From positions 1 to 51,364 of IMG/VR virus record IMGVR_UViG_3300030104_002039: a stretch of DNA of 51,364 nucleotides. One strand, written 5' to 3'. This document shows, piece by piece, positions 27,895 to 38,791 of the stretch. Position 1 is the stretch's first letter; each line of letters begins with the position of its first letter. Source of the stretch: a virus (lineage: Duplodnaviria > Caudoviricetes). Both the position numbers and the translations under genes were made by a program. The notes under the pieces were generated by a model. The model saw only the letters and a list, made by a program, of their open reading frames with translations, was not told the DNA's origin and did not search any database.

Positions 27895-30800
27895 TTATTT
27901 ACTACTTTCTGTTACTTCAGCACCAACTGAAAATAATTCAGCTTTTACCAATGAATTGTTTTTAATGTTTACATCTGCAAAATAACCTAATAAACTAGAT
28001 GTGTTTACAACCTCTGGTTTTACAAACATAGTGTAGGCAGTTACTAATTGTTGGGCTTTAAAAGTATCTACAACTCCCGTTGCAGGGTCGGTTGCAATAG
28101 TTATTGAAGTATCTGTATAATCTAAAACAGTACCTAATTTAAAAAGATCACTAGCTGGGGTTCCAAATAAATTGTTTTGAAGTTGATTCTCACCCAACTC
28201 TACAGTCTCTGTAATATCTTTTAAAGTCATATCTTGTATTTCAACATATGTAGACGTTCCATCACTCCAACCACCTCCATATATAAGAGCCATTACGAAA
28301 AACTGTAGATTAAGAGTACTAGAAAGATTTGCACCTGGAAGGGCTGGTTCGTTAAACGTAAATTGATATGTTGCGGTTTGATTGCTATACATAGGTTCAA
28401 AGTTGATGGTGCTACCACCGCCATGCACGCTAAACGTAACCGCGTTAGGGTCGCCATCAATTACACCACCAATCTTAATATTTCCAGTAGTAATTGTAGC
28501 TTCATATGTGTTTCCATCCACTAACGTGATTTCTGGAGATATTATATTAACGTGGGCTTGCTGGGGAAACGAAAAAGGCAGAAAACCATCGTGATCTAAT
28601 ATTACATTGTTTGGGTTGGACCAATCAACTTGTATCCCTGATGCTAATGTCCCAGCGCTATCTGACCAACCATTAGCTAGCGTCATATTAGGCACTAAGT
28701 CTGGTCCTATTGTTGTTATAGTAGTTTCTAGCGTAGTAGTTGTATAAATTGTATCTCCAATACTAACAGAGCTATTTATGTTATCACTAAAATTAATTGT
28801 AAATTTATTTTGCGAACCTGGGGCTGTTCCACTTTCAAACCCTTCTACGTCTAAAATACTACCAAGACCCTGCGCATTGAAAGAGCCAACATCTATTTCA
28901 GTTGTTACAGTAGAGTTTAATCCTCTTATGTAGTTAAACCATTTCCCTTCTTTTTCTACAAACTCTATTAAACTACCTTCTTGTTTGTTTGTTTTTACAG
29001 TTTCCGTATACCAACCATCGTTGAACTTAGTGTTAAACGCACCAATAGATCTTTCTTCATTAAAAGTAGTGATTATATCTCCAACCTTCCAGTCGTTATT
29101 TTGGGTGGTAAAATAACCAACAGGTCTAGAATCTGTAAAGTCTCCATTTGGATAAAATTGTATTTGTCCGGTAGTAACGTATTGAACAATACCATTAATT
29201 TCTCTATAAACTTTAACGTATGTATCTCCAATATACCAAGGATATGGATCTGAAGTTACTGGTCCTATCATGTCAATAAGTTTATCAATACCTTCTTCAT
29301 TAATTACAAATACATCACCAGCATTAAAACCAGACGTAGCAATATCATTATCTATAACCTTAACATGTCTCAACCCTTCAGTTCTAGCTTGACTACCCTC
29401 ATAGTCTAAAGTATGGAATGTTTTTACGCTTCCAGGATTATCGTTAAACAATAAGTTTACACTAGATTCAGTATACTTATCACGAGCGTTAAGATTATTA
29501 ACACCTGGATCTATAACAACCAAATCACCAACTTGCCATTGACCACTAGCAGCACCAGAATTTGCAAGCCCTGCGGTTGATTGTAAGCCATAATTACCAA
29601 CACCTGGATCTAGCTCTCTTCTACCGTGGGCTAATAGCTGTCCTTGTTCGTTTTCTAAAGCATTACCACTTAATGAGCCAAAAAGAGCCACAGCTCCATC
29701 ATATATTAACTCACCTTTTCTGTATTGTTTTATTTTTGTTATCCAAGTTGACGTCCCACTCCAACCGTCTAGTGTAATAAAAGTTTCAGGATTAAACCAA
29801 AAATATTGACCATTAGTACCAAGAGATGGGTGCGGACCTATATTTTCTACTTCTACAGCATCAAGATAAAAAGTGTTTCTAAGAGAGTTTTCGTTGTGGT
29901 GGTGGTATAATCTACCACTTTTAAGTGTGTAATATTCATTAGCGCAACTAACCGCGTTTTCAGGTGTAAAAGATTTAAAACTAACCCATCCTTTCACATC
30001 TTCTCTAAATGAAACAGTGTCGTTAGTTTCTTGTAACGATATATTGTATTCTTCTTTTTTATCATCATAACTACCTATTAAAGTTTTGTTTAGTTTTAAA
30101 TTATCTCTAAACCAATCTTTCATACCGTGATCAGATATAGGCGTTAAACCATCTCTTGACAATCTTATTACAGCACCTCTAACTTTGTCTGTAAAATAAG
30201 CTCTATAAGCTTCAGATACAAATGATTCTGGATTTTTAGATATACCATATTCACCTACAAAAGGAACTGTTTGTCCTAAGACATTTATATTAGCGGTAAG
30301 TTGAGAATTACCATCAGCATTAAATACAGCATCTTTATTTGCTAGTATTTTTAATATTTTATCTTCACACAAAGCTAGTATATCTGAATCTCTTGAGTGA
30401 AGCTTTTGTATACTACCGTATATAGGATTTACATCTTTTGTTATTTTATTAGCGGCAATAAATTGATTTAAACCGTTTTCACCACTAATAGAGTTATATA
30501 TACCAGAAAATATTAATCCGTATTTTCTATGTTCTTCCTTGTAAGGATCAAAAGTTGTAGAAACCTTAGCACCGTTTGTTAAAGTTTGTAAATTAAAAGA
30601 ATCTCTTATTCTATCTGACTCAACACCATTACCAAATGAAATGCAATTATACCAAGATAACTCGTGCTCGGTATCTTGATTATAGAGACTTTCGTTTATA
30701 TAAATACCAGCTCCACCAGACGGGATTCTACCATCACTTATGTTTGTAGCGCCCCACCAACCAGTAACCGTTAGAGATACTGATTGTCCAGAGATTGAAG

Positions 30801-33800
30801 TTATTTTAATTTGATCACCAACGTTTATATACTGACCTCCAACTATAGGATCTAATAGTGGATCACCAAACTTATTATTAATTTCTAAATAATAACCACT
30901 AGTACCACTCGGCCAAGAGGTGCCAACCGGCGAACTATGATAGCTTAGTTTATAAAACCTGTTTAAAGAATTAATTGAGTTTGCGTTTTGAACATGTGCT
31001 ATTGCCGAACCACGAGGAATTGCGTTTTCGTAATTTTCTAAATTTAATTTGATTGGTATCGCGTTACTAGCTTCGTAATATAGGTCAATATCAGTTGTAG
31101 TTTCTTTAGGCTCTGTTTCCCATATAGCTGGGTTGGTTGGCATTTCAGGTTCAGCATCTATTTCTTCTAAAAACTCTATTTCATAACCAACAGCTCCAAC
31201 ACCTGGATCACTTAAACTGAAACCTTGTTGATCTTGGTCTTGTGCGTTAATTCTATTTACAGAATATTGACTATATCCATTCATAGCGGCTTGTTGGAAT
31301 ATAATTTGCTGTGCAGTGTTTATCGCTGTGCCACCTGCCCTCATTGATTCATGAGCGTAGAATCTTATAGGAGTACCTTTGTAGGTACCCATATCACTGT
31401 ACAAACCACCCGTAGTTCCATATGAAAAATTAGGTTCTCTATATCCAATAAGTCTTAAGTCATAATTATTACCAACAGGAACAATTCTATGTACTAAAAG
31501 TTCTTGATGACTGTTACTGCCATCTAAACTAACACCACCGTTGTTATAACTGGTCATTATCATACCTTCAGATATATCTCTTGATCCAAAAACAGGATCT
31601 GTGCAGGTTAAACTACTTAGTCTTAATACTAAATGTGTAGTATAAACCGTAGCGCTAATAGCGTTGGTAGTGGGTAAATACAAACCATTTGGTATTGGTC
31701 CTAAAGTACCACCATTAGTAGGATCCCAGTTCATCGTTTTAGTTCCACTAGAGTTTCTATAAGGAAGATCCCAAGTAACAGAAGTGTTTGTGCTAAGTTG
31801 AGCTAAAACTTGTGTTTGGTCCCCGTGGTAAATACTTGTTGTCTGCCCAGATAATGGCCAATCGCCACTTGAATAAGCTCTTGCATAAGGAAATTCCGTT
31901 GAACTATGTCGGAAGGGCCTCCAAAGTTTTTGACCCGTTTGTATTGTGTAAACCTCTCTAGTTGGGTCATCTTTCCATCTAAACTTAGAACCTGGATAAA
32001 ACTTATTAACTAATTTTACTATACCATCATGCTGGTAGTTTGGATTTTCACCATATACATCATAATGACCAACTCCAAAAACACCTTGAACAGCAACACC
32101 ACCCGCGCTAGTTGATCCATAAGTAGAGTAACCAACGTCTTCATAATAAATACCACCCATACCAATGTTTATTTTACCATTAGCAGTGTCTATGCCGGGA
32201 CGTTGACCTTGATTAGGGGAAGTGTACTGCCAATGTATACCAGGGTCGTATCTATATCCTTCATATTTCCCTTTGTCAATAAACCATACTTCGCCTTTTT
32301 CTTGCTCCATTTTAGAGTTGAACTTTCCAGCTCTTTCAGAAGCAGTATAGCCACTACCATCTGCTATTTTAGCCTTAGCTTTTATATTAAAACCTGTGTT
32401 ACCAAATAAAGCAGCACCTGTTCCAGGATCTACACATGCGTATGTTGGATCAGTATCACCGGCAGGCTTATAGTAACCCATATAAGTATCATTTATAGGC
32501 GTGGTAATATAAGTTATTTCAAACTTCCAATCATTTGTGTCGTTTCCAAATCTATATTGACCAGCATGTTTTTCAGTAGTACTAGCGGGTAAGGCTATAT
32601 TTGATGGGACTAAGTTGTTACCATCGTATGGCGTAATAGCATCATATAGTTCTTCACTGCTTTCTGTGTATTCATAATTTCTAAAAAACGGAGCAAATCT
32701 ACCAAAATGATTATCTCTTTGAACAACAGTACCACTATCAATACCAATACCCGTTATCCATGTAAAATAAGAATCGTCATTTCCTGAAACTGGATTAAAA
32801 GTTGCTATACCACCACCGTTGCTAACATGTTGGTAAACGGAGTCATCGTGGTACGCCCCATGTCTTTGTCCTGTTACGTTGTGAGAATGCTTAATGTTAT
32901 GATCTGTTCCGTTCATAAAATATAACTTCCTAGTTTTTGCTACCCTATACTCTTCTTCAATAACACTTTTAACAGCAATTTCACCATTAAAAATATCATC
33001 ATTATTTATTTTAACAAAAAATCTACCAGTAAACTCTTTTGTGTTTTCAACACTATATCTATATACACAAAATGAAATACCGTTTTCAACAGCTGTTGGA
33101 TTTGACGAATTATTTACAATAAAACTAACGTCACCTTCAAAGGGTTTTTCTGTAATAAAACTATAATAAGCAGTACCAGCTCCCGCCGAAAGACCATCCC
33201 AATCAGTTGTTACAGAGGAAACTCTATATCTATTAGACGTAATACCGTTTGTTTTATCTTCAAACTCTATATATAATAACCCTTCTTCGTTATGTAAATC
33301 AGACCCTGTGCTTTGGAAAAATGGTTGGTATTTTAACTTAAATACATTTACACCTACTAGTGGAGCATCGTCTATATCGTCTGCAAACACATCAAATTGA
33401 GTTCCACTTTGTGTTGTGTCATGCGTTTTGGATTCTATTTTTAATTTTTTATACTTTATGTCTTCTGGGGCTTCATTTTCTATAGCTAATACTTTGTACC
33501 GAGCTTTTTGTATAATTTGATCATTAGATTCTAAACCCTTTTTTAATATTAAAAACGTATCTAAATCTATTTTATTTCTTTCAGAAGATGGGAATGTTAT
33601 CCAAACGTTATTGTCACCAGCATCATAAAAACGGTCCATAGCCATGTTATAGTATTCGCCAGAAGTTTCTTTTACAAAAAACTTCATATACTCCATGTTT
33701 AGTGGATAATTATCGTTGTTAAAACTTACAACAAGTTTATTTTGGTTTTGAGATTCATCTTGTTCAACCGCATCAACAAATGTCTCGTTAGATATAACAG

Positions 33801-36456
33801 GTGTTTCTCTACCATATTTATCAAGAAAAACAACACCTAGTTGATATTCTCTGAGTGACTTTATAGATTTAACAGCATTCAAACCTTGGTGCTCTCCAAA
33901 AACAGCAAAATTAAAACTAGGTTCGAAAGAATTTATTCCTGGTAAATTATTTAAATTATCAAGGTCATAACCTTGCACATAATTTCCATATATAATCCTA
34001 TTACCACTAACGTCTTGTGCTAAAGCTTTTTTAGGAACATTATCCCATGATCTTAATATTTGATCAGAAGGTATAGCTGATTTAACCATTTCAGAATTAA
34101 TATTGTAATTCGGGGCATCAAACTTACCACTATTTGAAGTTGCAGATAATGTATCAACAATATATATATTTGGAGAAACTTCGTTTTTATAAAGTATTTC
34201 AACTTCATAAACGTCATCTGGCATATCAGATGTCCAATTTTTCAACCCAATATTGGTTACATTATTAGTCATCCCTATGTTGTATCCTTCAGTGGGATGG
34301 TAATTAAAAGCACCTGGTTCAAAAACAACATTTGTAAACGGTGAGATTGTAGAGTATTCATTATCTAAGTATTTCCATCTATAAGCAAATCTAGGAAATT
34401 TAAACTCAAAAGGTTTTACATCTTTTAACAACTTGTCAACAACATATTTTCTTTCTGCAAACCCAGGTGGAACAGACGGCGTACTACCTTGACGACCTAC
34501 AATTTTAACGCCTACCCTAGCATTACTACTGTCGTTATCTATTACGGTAACACTATTTATATGACCTACATAACCAATATTTGATGTTTGTAAAACTAAC
34601 GGTCCACTCTGCATATAGAACGTCATATCAGTAGTTGGGATAGGCTTATATCCACCTGTATTAATATTAAAAATATGATCCCCATCACTCGCACAGTTTG
34701 TTGCTATAGTACCGTCGTTGTTGTAGTAGATGTAAGGGAAATTGTTACCGCTATAAATGTCTCCATCTACTAATATTCTAGGGCTTAACTCTCCACTTAC
34801 GTAATTAGATACATTTACAATAATAGTATAACTACGGTTGTTAACAAAAGAGCCCAAGGGCATAGAAGCTGTTTTATAATAGTATTTTTCATAACTATTA
34901 GCCGATCCTGGAGCGTTTATTTCCATTCTTGAATCGTTAGCGTTGTAAGTCATTAAAGCGCTAGCACTAGGAGACATTCCCCAACCTTCTGGATTTGTAC
35001 CACTAATATTTGGTATACTAAGATCAGAGTTTTCAATCATATCACTAGCGGCGTCAACAAAACTATTTGCCCCAGTATCAAAAATTTTTACTTTTAAGTT
35101 CCAATCGTTTAAAGGTAGATCTGGTTGTGTTAATGTAGGTACTCCGTCTGGGGTAAAATTAAGATCGTAAGCTTTAAGAAGTAGGGTATCTCCAACTGCG
35201 TAATCTAAAGTAAAACCACTTTGACCTACAGTATCGGTTTCTATCTCCATGTAGAACTTATGTCCAAGGGCTCCAAAAGCATTATCAAAATTATACATAA
35301 GGGGTCCTGAGTTATTCCAATACTCATCTACAGTTCTTAAAGAAGAATCGTTTGCAGCGGTAGATCCTGATTGGCTAGCCGAAGTTCTAAATATACCAGC
35401 GTTTATTTTTCCAGGCGCAGGACCACTTGTTGCAACTTGTGCATTCAACATTGCCTTTGGCGCTGGCTTTATAACTGTTATGTGTTTTTCTTCAATATCT
35501 TTTGTTATACCTCTAGGCTCGTTTATAAGTTGTGTATGTGTAAAATTAGCGTCTTGTACATTTGTACCTTGTATACACCTGTTTATATTTATTTTTTTAG
35601 GTTCACCAAGATTATCAGTCCAAAATAACAAATCATTTATAATGTTTATACCAGTTATAACTTTATCATAACGAAACTTTAAAACAGTGTTATATCTATC
35701 AACAAACACTGGAGTTATTTCTTTTGTAACTGTATCGTATTGTATTATTTTACTTGCTTTAACCTCTAGTATTTCAACATTTTTTATAGTACCATTGTAG
35801 TCTGTATCGTCTTCAATAGCGAAATTAGTAGAAGTTTTTACCCATTGTGCAGTAACCCTGCTAGGTTTGTTTAAAAACGAAGAAGAACTTAGAACATCTA
35901 AATCAGTATTTAAACCAGGGCCACCTATATTAATATAAGGATTACCAGTACCTTGCCATATTTTTAATGTACCGTTGTACGTTGGAGCAACAACCTGGTC
36001 ATATGTTATTTCGTATCTAACGCCATCTTGTAAATTTAAAGAGCTACTTTGTAAAAACCCATAACTGTTGTAAATAGCACTAGCACCATTATTGTTTAAT
36101 ATCCAGTTGTTTTGTGAATCTGTCCAATCTTGTATTGGTTCAATATCTAAAGGAGTTCCGTTAGTAATAAAAAAATAAAGCTTATCATTAGCTTCATCTG
36201 AAATTGATCCAACACATTTATACCCTTCATATATAGAATCTACATAAGAAATTTGATTACCGTTTTCATCAGTAAAATAAGACTGGTTTGGTATTAAATA
36301 ATTACCTAATATGTTTTGAGCCGTACCAACATCAGAACCTTCTGAAGTCGAGACCTGTATATTCATCGCGTCCGTATACTCTCCATTTGGAACAAGTCTT
36401 TCATCAAGATCTTTGTTCATTTTACCACCGGTAAAATTATGCTTAATCTCTGGCAT
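27895..36456 (-). CDS. Tail muzzle/stabilisation protein (crAss-like) with multiple inserted domains
   Basis: N-terminus MPEIKHNFTGGKMNKDLDERLVPNGEY; also FGNGVESDRIRD, EYGISKNPESF, FVEKEGKWFNYI and a C-terminal ELFSVGAEVTESSK. Confidence 0.8.
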   Translation of the reverse strand: MPEIKHNFTGGKMNKDLDERLVPNGEYTDAMNIQVSTSEGSDVGTAQNILGNYLIPNQSYFTDENGNQISYVDSIYEGYKCVGSISDEANDKLYFFITNGTPLDIEPIQDWTDSQNNWILNNNGASAIYNSYGFLQSSSLNLQDGVRYEITYDQVVAPTYNGTLKIWQGTGNPYINIGGPGLNTDLDVLSSSSFLNKPSRVTAQWVKTSTNFAIEDDTDYNGTIKNVEILEVKASKIIQYDTVTKEITPVFVDRYNTVLKFRYDKVITGINIINDLLFWTDNLGEPKKININRCIQGTNVQDANFTHTQLINEPRGITKDIEEKHITVIKPAPKAMLNAQVATSGPAPGKINAGIFRTSASQSGSTAANDSSLRTVDEYWNNSGPLMYNFDNAFGALGHKFYMEIETDTVGQSGFTLDYAVGDTLLLKAYDLNFTPDGVPTLTQPDLPLNDWNLKVKIFDTGANSFVDAASDMIENSDLSIPNISGTNPEGWGMSPSASALMTYNANDSRMEINAPGSANSYEKYYYKTASMPLGSFVNNRSYTIIVNVSNYVSGELSPRILVDGDIYSGNNFPYIYYNNDGTIATNCASDGDHIFNINTGGYKPIPTTDMTFYMQSGPLVLQTSNIGYVGHINSVTVIDNDSSNARVGVKIVGRQGSTPSVPPGFAERKYVVDKLLKDVKPFEFKFPRFAYRWKYLDNEYSTISPFTNVVFEPGAFNYHPTEGYNIGMTNNVTNIGLKNWTSDMPDDVYEVEILYKNEVSPNIYIVDTLSATSNSGKFDAPNYNINSEMVKSAIPSDQILRSWDNVPKKALAQDVSGNRIIYGNYVQGYDLDNLNNLPGINSFEPSFNFAVFGEHQGLNAVKSIKSLREYQLGVVFLDKYGRETPVISNETFVDAVEQDESQNQNKLVVSFNNDNYPLNMEYMKFFVKETSGEYYNMAMDRFYDAGDNNVWITFPSSERNKIDLDTFLILKKGLESNDQIIQKARYKVLAIENEAPEDIKYKKLKIESKTHDTTQSGTQFDVFADDIDDAPLVGVNVFKLKYQPFFQSTGSDLHNEEGLLYIEFEDKTNGITSNRYRVSSVTTDWDGLSAGAGTAYYSFITEKPFEGDVSFIVNNSSNPTAVENGISFCVYRYSVENTKEFTGRFFVKINNDDIFNGEIAVKSVIEEEYRVAKTRKLYFMNGTDHNIKHSHNVTGQRHGAYHDDSVYQHVSNGGGIATFNPVSGNDDSYFTWITGIGIDSGTVVQRDNHFGRFAPFFRNYEYTESSEELYDAITPYDGNNLVPSNIALPASTTEKHAGQYRFGNDTNDWKFEITYITTPINDTYMGYYKPAGDTDPTYACVDPGTGAALFGNTGFNIKAKAKIADGSGYTASERAGKFNSKMEQEKGEVWFIDKGKYEGYRYDPGIHWQYTSPNQGQRPGIDTANGKINIGMGGIYYEDVGYSTYGSTSAGGVAVQGVFGVGHYDVYGENPNYQHDGIVKLVNKFYPGSKFRWKDDPTREVYTIQTGQKLWRPFRHSSTEFPYARAYSSGDWPLSGQTTSIYHGDQTQVLAQLSTNTSVTWDLPYRNSSGTKTMNWDPTNGGTLGPIPNGLYLPTTNAISATVYTTHLVLRLSSLTCTDPVFGSRDISEGMIMTSYNNGGVSLDGSNSHQELLVHRIVPVGNNYDLRLIGYREPNFSYGTTGGLYSDMGTYKGTPIRFYAHESMRAGGTAINTAQQIIFQQAAMNGYSQYSVNRINAQDQDQQGFSLSDPGVGAVGYEIEFLEEIDAEPEMPTNPAIWETEPKETTTDIDLYYEASNAIPIKLNLENYENAIPRGSAIAHVQNANSINSLNRFYKLSYHSSPVGTSWPSGTSGYYLEINNKFGDPLLDPIVGGQYINVGDQIKITSISGQSVSLTVTGWWGATNISDGRIPSGGAGIYINESLYNQDTEHELSWYNCISFGNGVESDRIRDSFNLQTLTNGAKVSTTFDPYKEEHRKYGLIFSGIYNSISGENGLNQFIAANKITKDVNPIYGSIQKLHSRDSDILALCEDKILKILANKDAVFNADGNSQLTANINVLGQTVPFVGEYGISKNPESFVSEAYRAYFTDKVRGAVIRLSRDGLTPISDHGMKDWFRDNLKLNKTLIGSYDDKKEEYNISLQETNDTVSFREDVKGWVSFKSFTPENAVSCANEYYTLKSGRLYHHHNENSLRNTFYLDAVEVENIGPHPSLGTNGQYFWFNPETFITLDGWSGTSTWITKIKQYRKGELIYDGAVALFGSLSGNALENEQGQLLAHGRRELDPGVGNYGLQSTAGLANSGAASGQWQVGDLVVIDPGVNNLNARDKYTESSVNLLFNDNPGSVKTFHTLDYEGSQARTEGLRHVKVIDNDIATSGFNAGDVFVINEEGIDKLIDMIGPVTSDPYPWYIGDTYVKVYREINGIVQYVTTGQIQFYPNGDFTDSRPVGYFTTQNNDWKVGDIITTFNEERSIGAFNTKFNDGWYTETVKTNKQEGSLIEFVEKEGKWFNYIRGLNSTVTTEIDVGSFNAQGLGSILDVEGFESGTAPGSQNKFTINFSDNINSSVSIGDTIYTTTTLETTITTIGPDLVPNMTLANGWSDSAGTLASGIQVDWSNPNNVILDHDGFLPFSFPQQAHVNIISPEITLVDGNTYEATITTGNIKIGGVIDGDPNAVTFSVHGGGSTINFEPMYSNQTATYQFTFNEPALPGANLSSTLNLQFFVMALIYGGGWSDGTSTYVEIQDMTLKDITETVELGENQLQNNLFGTPASDLFKLGTVLDYTDTSITIATDPATGVVDTFKAQQLVTAYTMFVKPEVVNTSSLLGYFADVNIKNNSLVKAELFSVGAEVTESSK

Positions 36457-36459
36457 GTA

Positions 36460-37959
36460 CTAGTGTTTTATTTGTTTTGATTTACCCCTTAAAATTTGAG
36501 TTAATTCTTCTAATTTAAAATTTGATAGTCTAAGTTTTGCTTGTCTAGTAGCGGCAAATTTTTCTTTTTTAAATCTAGGTGCTAATTGCTGATGTATTCT
36601 GTTAGAGGAAGTAGACAGAATAGCGTAAGCTATATGTTTGTACATAGCTTCTTCAGCAAATTTGTGTACTTGCATCTCTTCGTCTGTACCAAGACTATCG
36701 CTTATATAATCTAAGATCACAGTTTTTCCTGATATATTAGAGCTAAAATATATTCTTCCAAGCATTTGATCTATATAAAAAGATCCGTTAACTTGAGCTT
36801 GTGATGGTTCTAACCCATAACGTTCTCCATTATATGGCCAATAAGTATCGTCTTCATAATTATCAGCATTGTTTTCTGATGGCGTAACAGACTTGTAATT
36901 AGTCCAGGTAGTTGAATCTCCTGTAGTTTGTAAAACGTGAGAAACGGCGTCACAAGTTATTACCAAATCATCAACTTTATTTTCACTATTACTCAGTGAT
37001 GTATCAGTAAAGCTTTCAATAAAACTAGTTATTAATAAATAAACTGTAGTTTCATTACTAACATCGACATTTGTAACTTTAGAGGTTGATTCTACACCAG
37101 TACCATCATTAAATTTTAACAAAGCTCTATTGCCCCCAACGGTGTATATATCAAATACTTCATCTATATTGTTAAGCGAAGGATTAATAGCAAAATTTGG
37201 ATTACTTCTAGATGGGTCATAAGTGCCAGAGTTTACGTTTGGATATGTTAGTGTACTAATACCAACTCTTACTGTTCCAACACCTTTACCAGTAACAGCA
37301 ACAGCTGACGTTCCAGCTGCAGATAAATCTAAAACGTCTATATTTGTAACATCTATTTCTTGGTAAACAGCGTAAGCTCTACTAGTAAAACTAGAGCTTG
37401 CAGGCGGTATAGGGGCACTAGCACCGTGTTCAAAAGTTAACTTTTCATTAACTATATGTACTTTGTCTGTTGAATTAGTAGTATGTTTTGTCCAATCAGC
37501 ACCAGCTGTTAATATACTTGTCCCACTTGAAAAATCACCTTTAGTAACAAGGCTATCTGATGGTTTTGTAAAATCATAAGATTTATCTGGGTCTTGTTTT
37601 ATATTAAAAGGATTTGATGTATGTTTAGTTGAATACAAAGGATGTTTTACACCAGAGCTATCGCTCCAAGATATTTTTGTGTAATTAACATAATCGTGAG
37701 GAAGTATCATTGTTAATGAAGGGGGAAGTTCTATCTCTTGCGATTTAACAGACTTAAAAGTATCAAAAGAAAGTTCTTGTAATGCTCTTTGAGCAAAAAA
37801 AGATATATCAGCTCTTTTTATTTTTGGTATTATTTTATTTTCACCTACATAAGCTATTGTAAACTGAGTTATAATATCATCCAATGAAGTAAATTGATAG
37901 TTCCCTAAATCGTTACCTAAATAATATTCTCTTTGTGTAGTACTGTCTAGTAATCCCAT
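36460..37959 (-). CDS. Tail ring/tubular structural protein (crAss-like) with an inserted domain
   Basis: AQRALQELSFD...LPHDYVNY...LDYISD...VHKFAEEAMY...AKLRLS; gene order. Confidence 0.7.
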   Translation of the reverse strand: MGLLDSTTQREYYLGNDLGNYQFTSLDDIITQFTIAYVGENKIIPKIKRADISFFAQRALQELSFDTFKSVKSQEIELPPSLTMILPHDYVNYTKISWSDSSGVKHPLYSTKHTSNPFNIKQDPDKSYDFTKPSDSLVTKGDFSSGTSILTAGADWTKHTTNSTDKVHIVNEKLTFEHGASAPIPPASSSFTSRAYAVYQEIDVTNIDVLDLSAAGTSAVAVTGKGVGTVRVGISTLTYPNVNSGTYDPSRSNPNFAINPSLNNIDEVFDIYTVGGNRALLKFNDGTGVESTSKVTNVDVSNETTVYLLITSFIESFTDTSLSNSENKVDDLVITCDAVSHVLQTTGDSTTWTNYKSVTPSENNADNYEDDTYWPYNGERYGLEPSQAQVNGSFYIDQMLGRIYFSSNISGKTVILDYISDSLGTDEEMQVHKFAEEAMYKHIAYAILSTSSNRIHQQLAPRFKKEKFAATRQAKLRLSNFKLEELTQILRGKSKQIKH

Positions 37960-37963
37960 TTAT

Positions 37964-38731
37964 TTATTGTTTTTCTTGTTGAATTTGAGCCGTTTGTAAT
38001 CCAGCCGCGATTTGTGTTAGTTGAGGTTTTTCTATAGTAACACCAGACAACGCTAGTATTCTATAAACTAGCTCCACTTCTTCTGATTGGTGTAACTGGA
38101 AATCTGTAGAGTTATTAGCATTATATAATGGTTTATTATTTACAACAATATAAGACCAATTAGGTTTTAATGGTTTTGCAATAAAATCTAATAGAATTTC
38201 AGGTTCGCTATCAAGCAGAATAGGTGCGGGATATATTCTTGTAACCGGTCCACTTCCCGTCCCTAAAAATCCCTCGTGCTCAGCATATACTGGCCTTGTC
38301 TTCGACCAAACCCCTAATGGTGAGTTACCATATCTATCTAGTTCGTTTACTTCAATGCGTTCCGCCACCTTATATCCATTTCCATAATTTACTCTTAATC
38401 TAGTTAGTCTATATAAATCTTGAGTCATTGCAAAGTTAACTATATGATCTACATCTTCACTCGTACTACTTAGATCAATTGGAAAATCTCTTCTTTCGAA
38501 TATACTTATTTTTTCTTGTATATTTGAAACTATATCAGAATGTGAAAAATCATTCCCAGGTAATCTAGCAAATTGATTTAAATCGTAAAAATATTGTTCA
38601 AATATTTCCATTTGAGCGTGGTCGGCAAATAAGTTAAATTCTTGTGGTGTTATATAACCCCTCTGTTCTTTGTTAGCTAATGCTAATACTTTTTGATAAA
38701 CTCTATCTACACTTATTTTTCCTATTGCCAT
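37964..38731 (-). CDS. Head-tail adaptor/ring protein (crAss-like)
   Basis: VYQKVLALANKEQRGYITPQEFNLFA..AQ; second gene downstream of the MCP. Confidence 0.7.
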   Translation of the reverse strand: MAIGKISVDRVYQKVLALANKEQRGYITPQEFNLFADHAQMEIFEQYFYDLNQFARLPGNDFSHSDIVSNIQEKISIFERRDFPIDLSSTSEDVDHIVNFAMTQDLYRLTRLRVNYGNGYKVAERIEVNELDRYGNSPLGVWSKTRPVYAEHEGFLGTGSGPVTRIYPAPILLDSEPEILLDFIAKPLKPNWSYIVVNNKPLYNANNSTDFQLHQSEEVELVYRILALSGVTIEKPQLTQIAAGLQTAQIQQEKQ

Positions 38732-38746
38732 AATTTCTTTTTAGTT

Positions 38747-38785
38747 TGTAGTTTGCAATCGCCCCGTAGAGCGACTGCATCTACA
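38747..38785 (-). promoter_or_regulatory. Intergenic RNA hairpin with a C(UACG)G tetraloop and no U-tract
   Basis: Minus-strand RNA UGUAG-A-UGCAGUCGCUC-UACG-GGGCGAUUGCA-AA-CUACA; two G-U pairs form only on the minus strand. Confidence 0.75.
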
Positions 38786-38791
38786 GTTAGA

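Noticed and set aside
38747-38785. Hairpin as a tRNA or terminator
   Set aside because: Single stem with no cloverleaf, and no U-tract on the coding strand.
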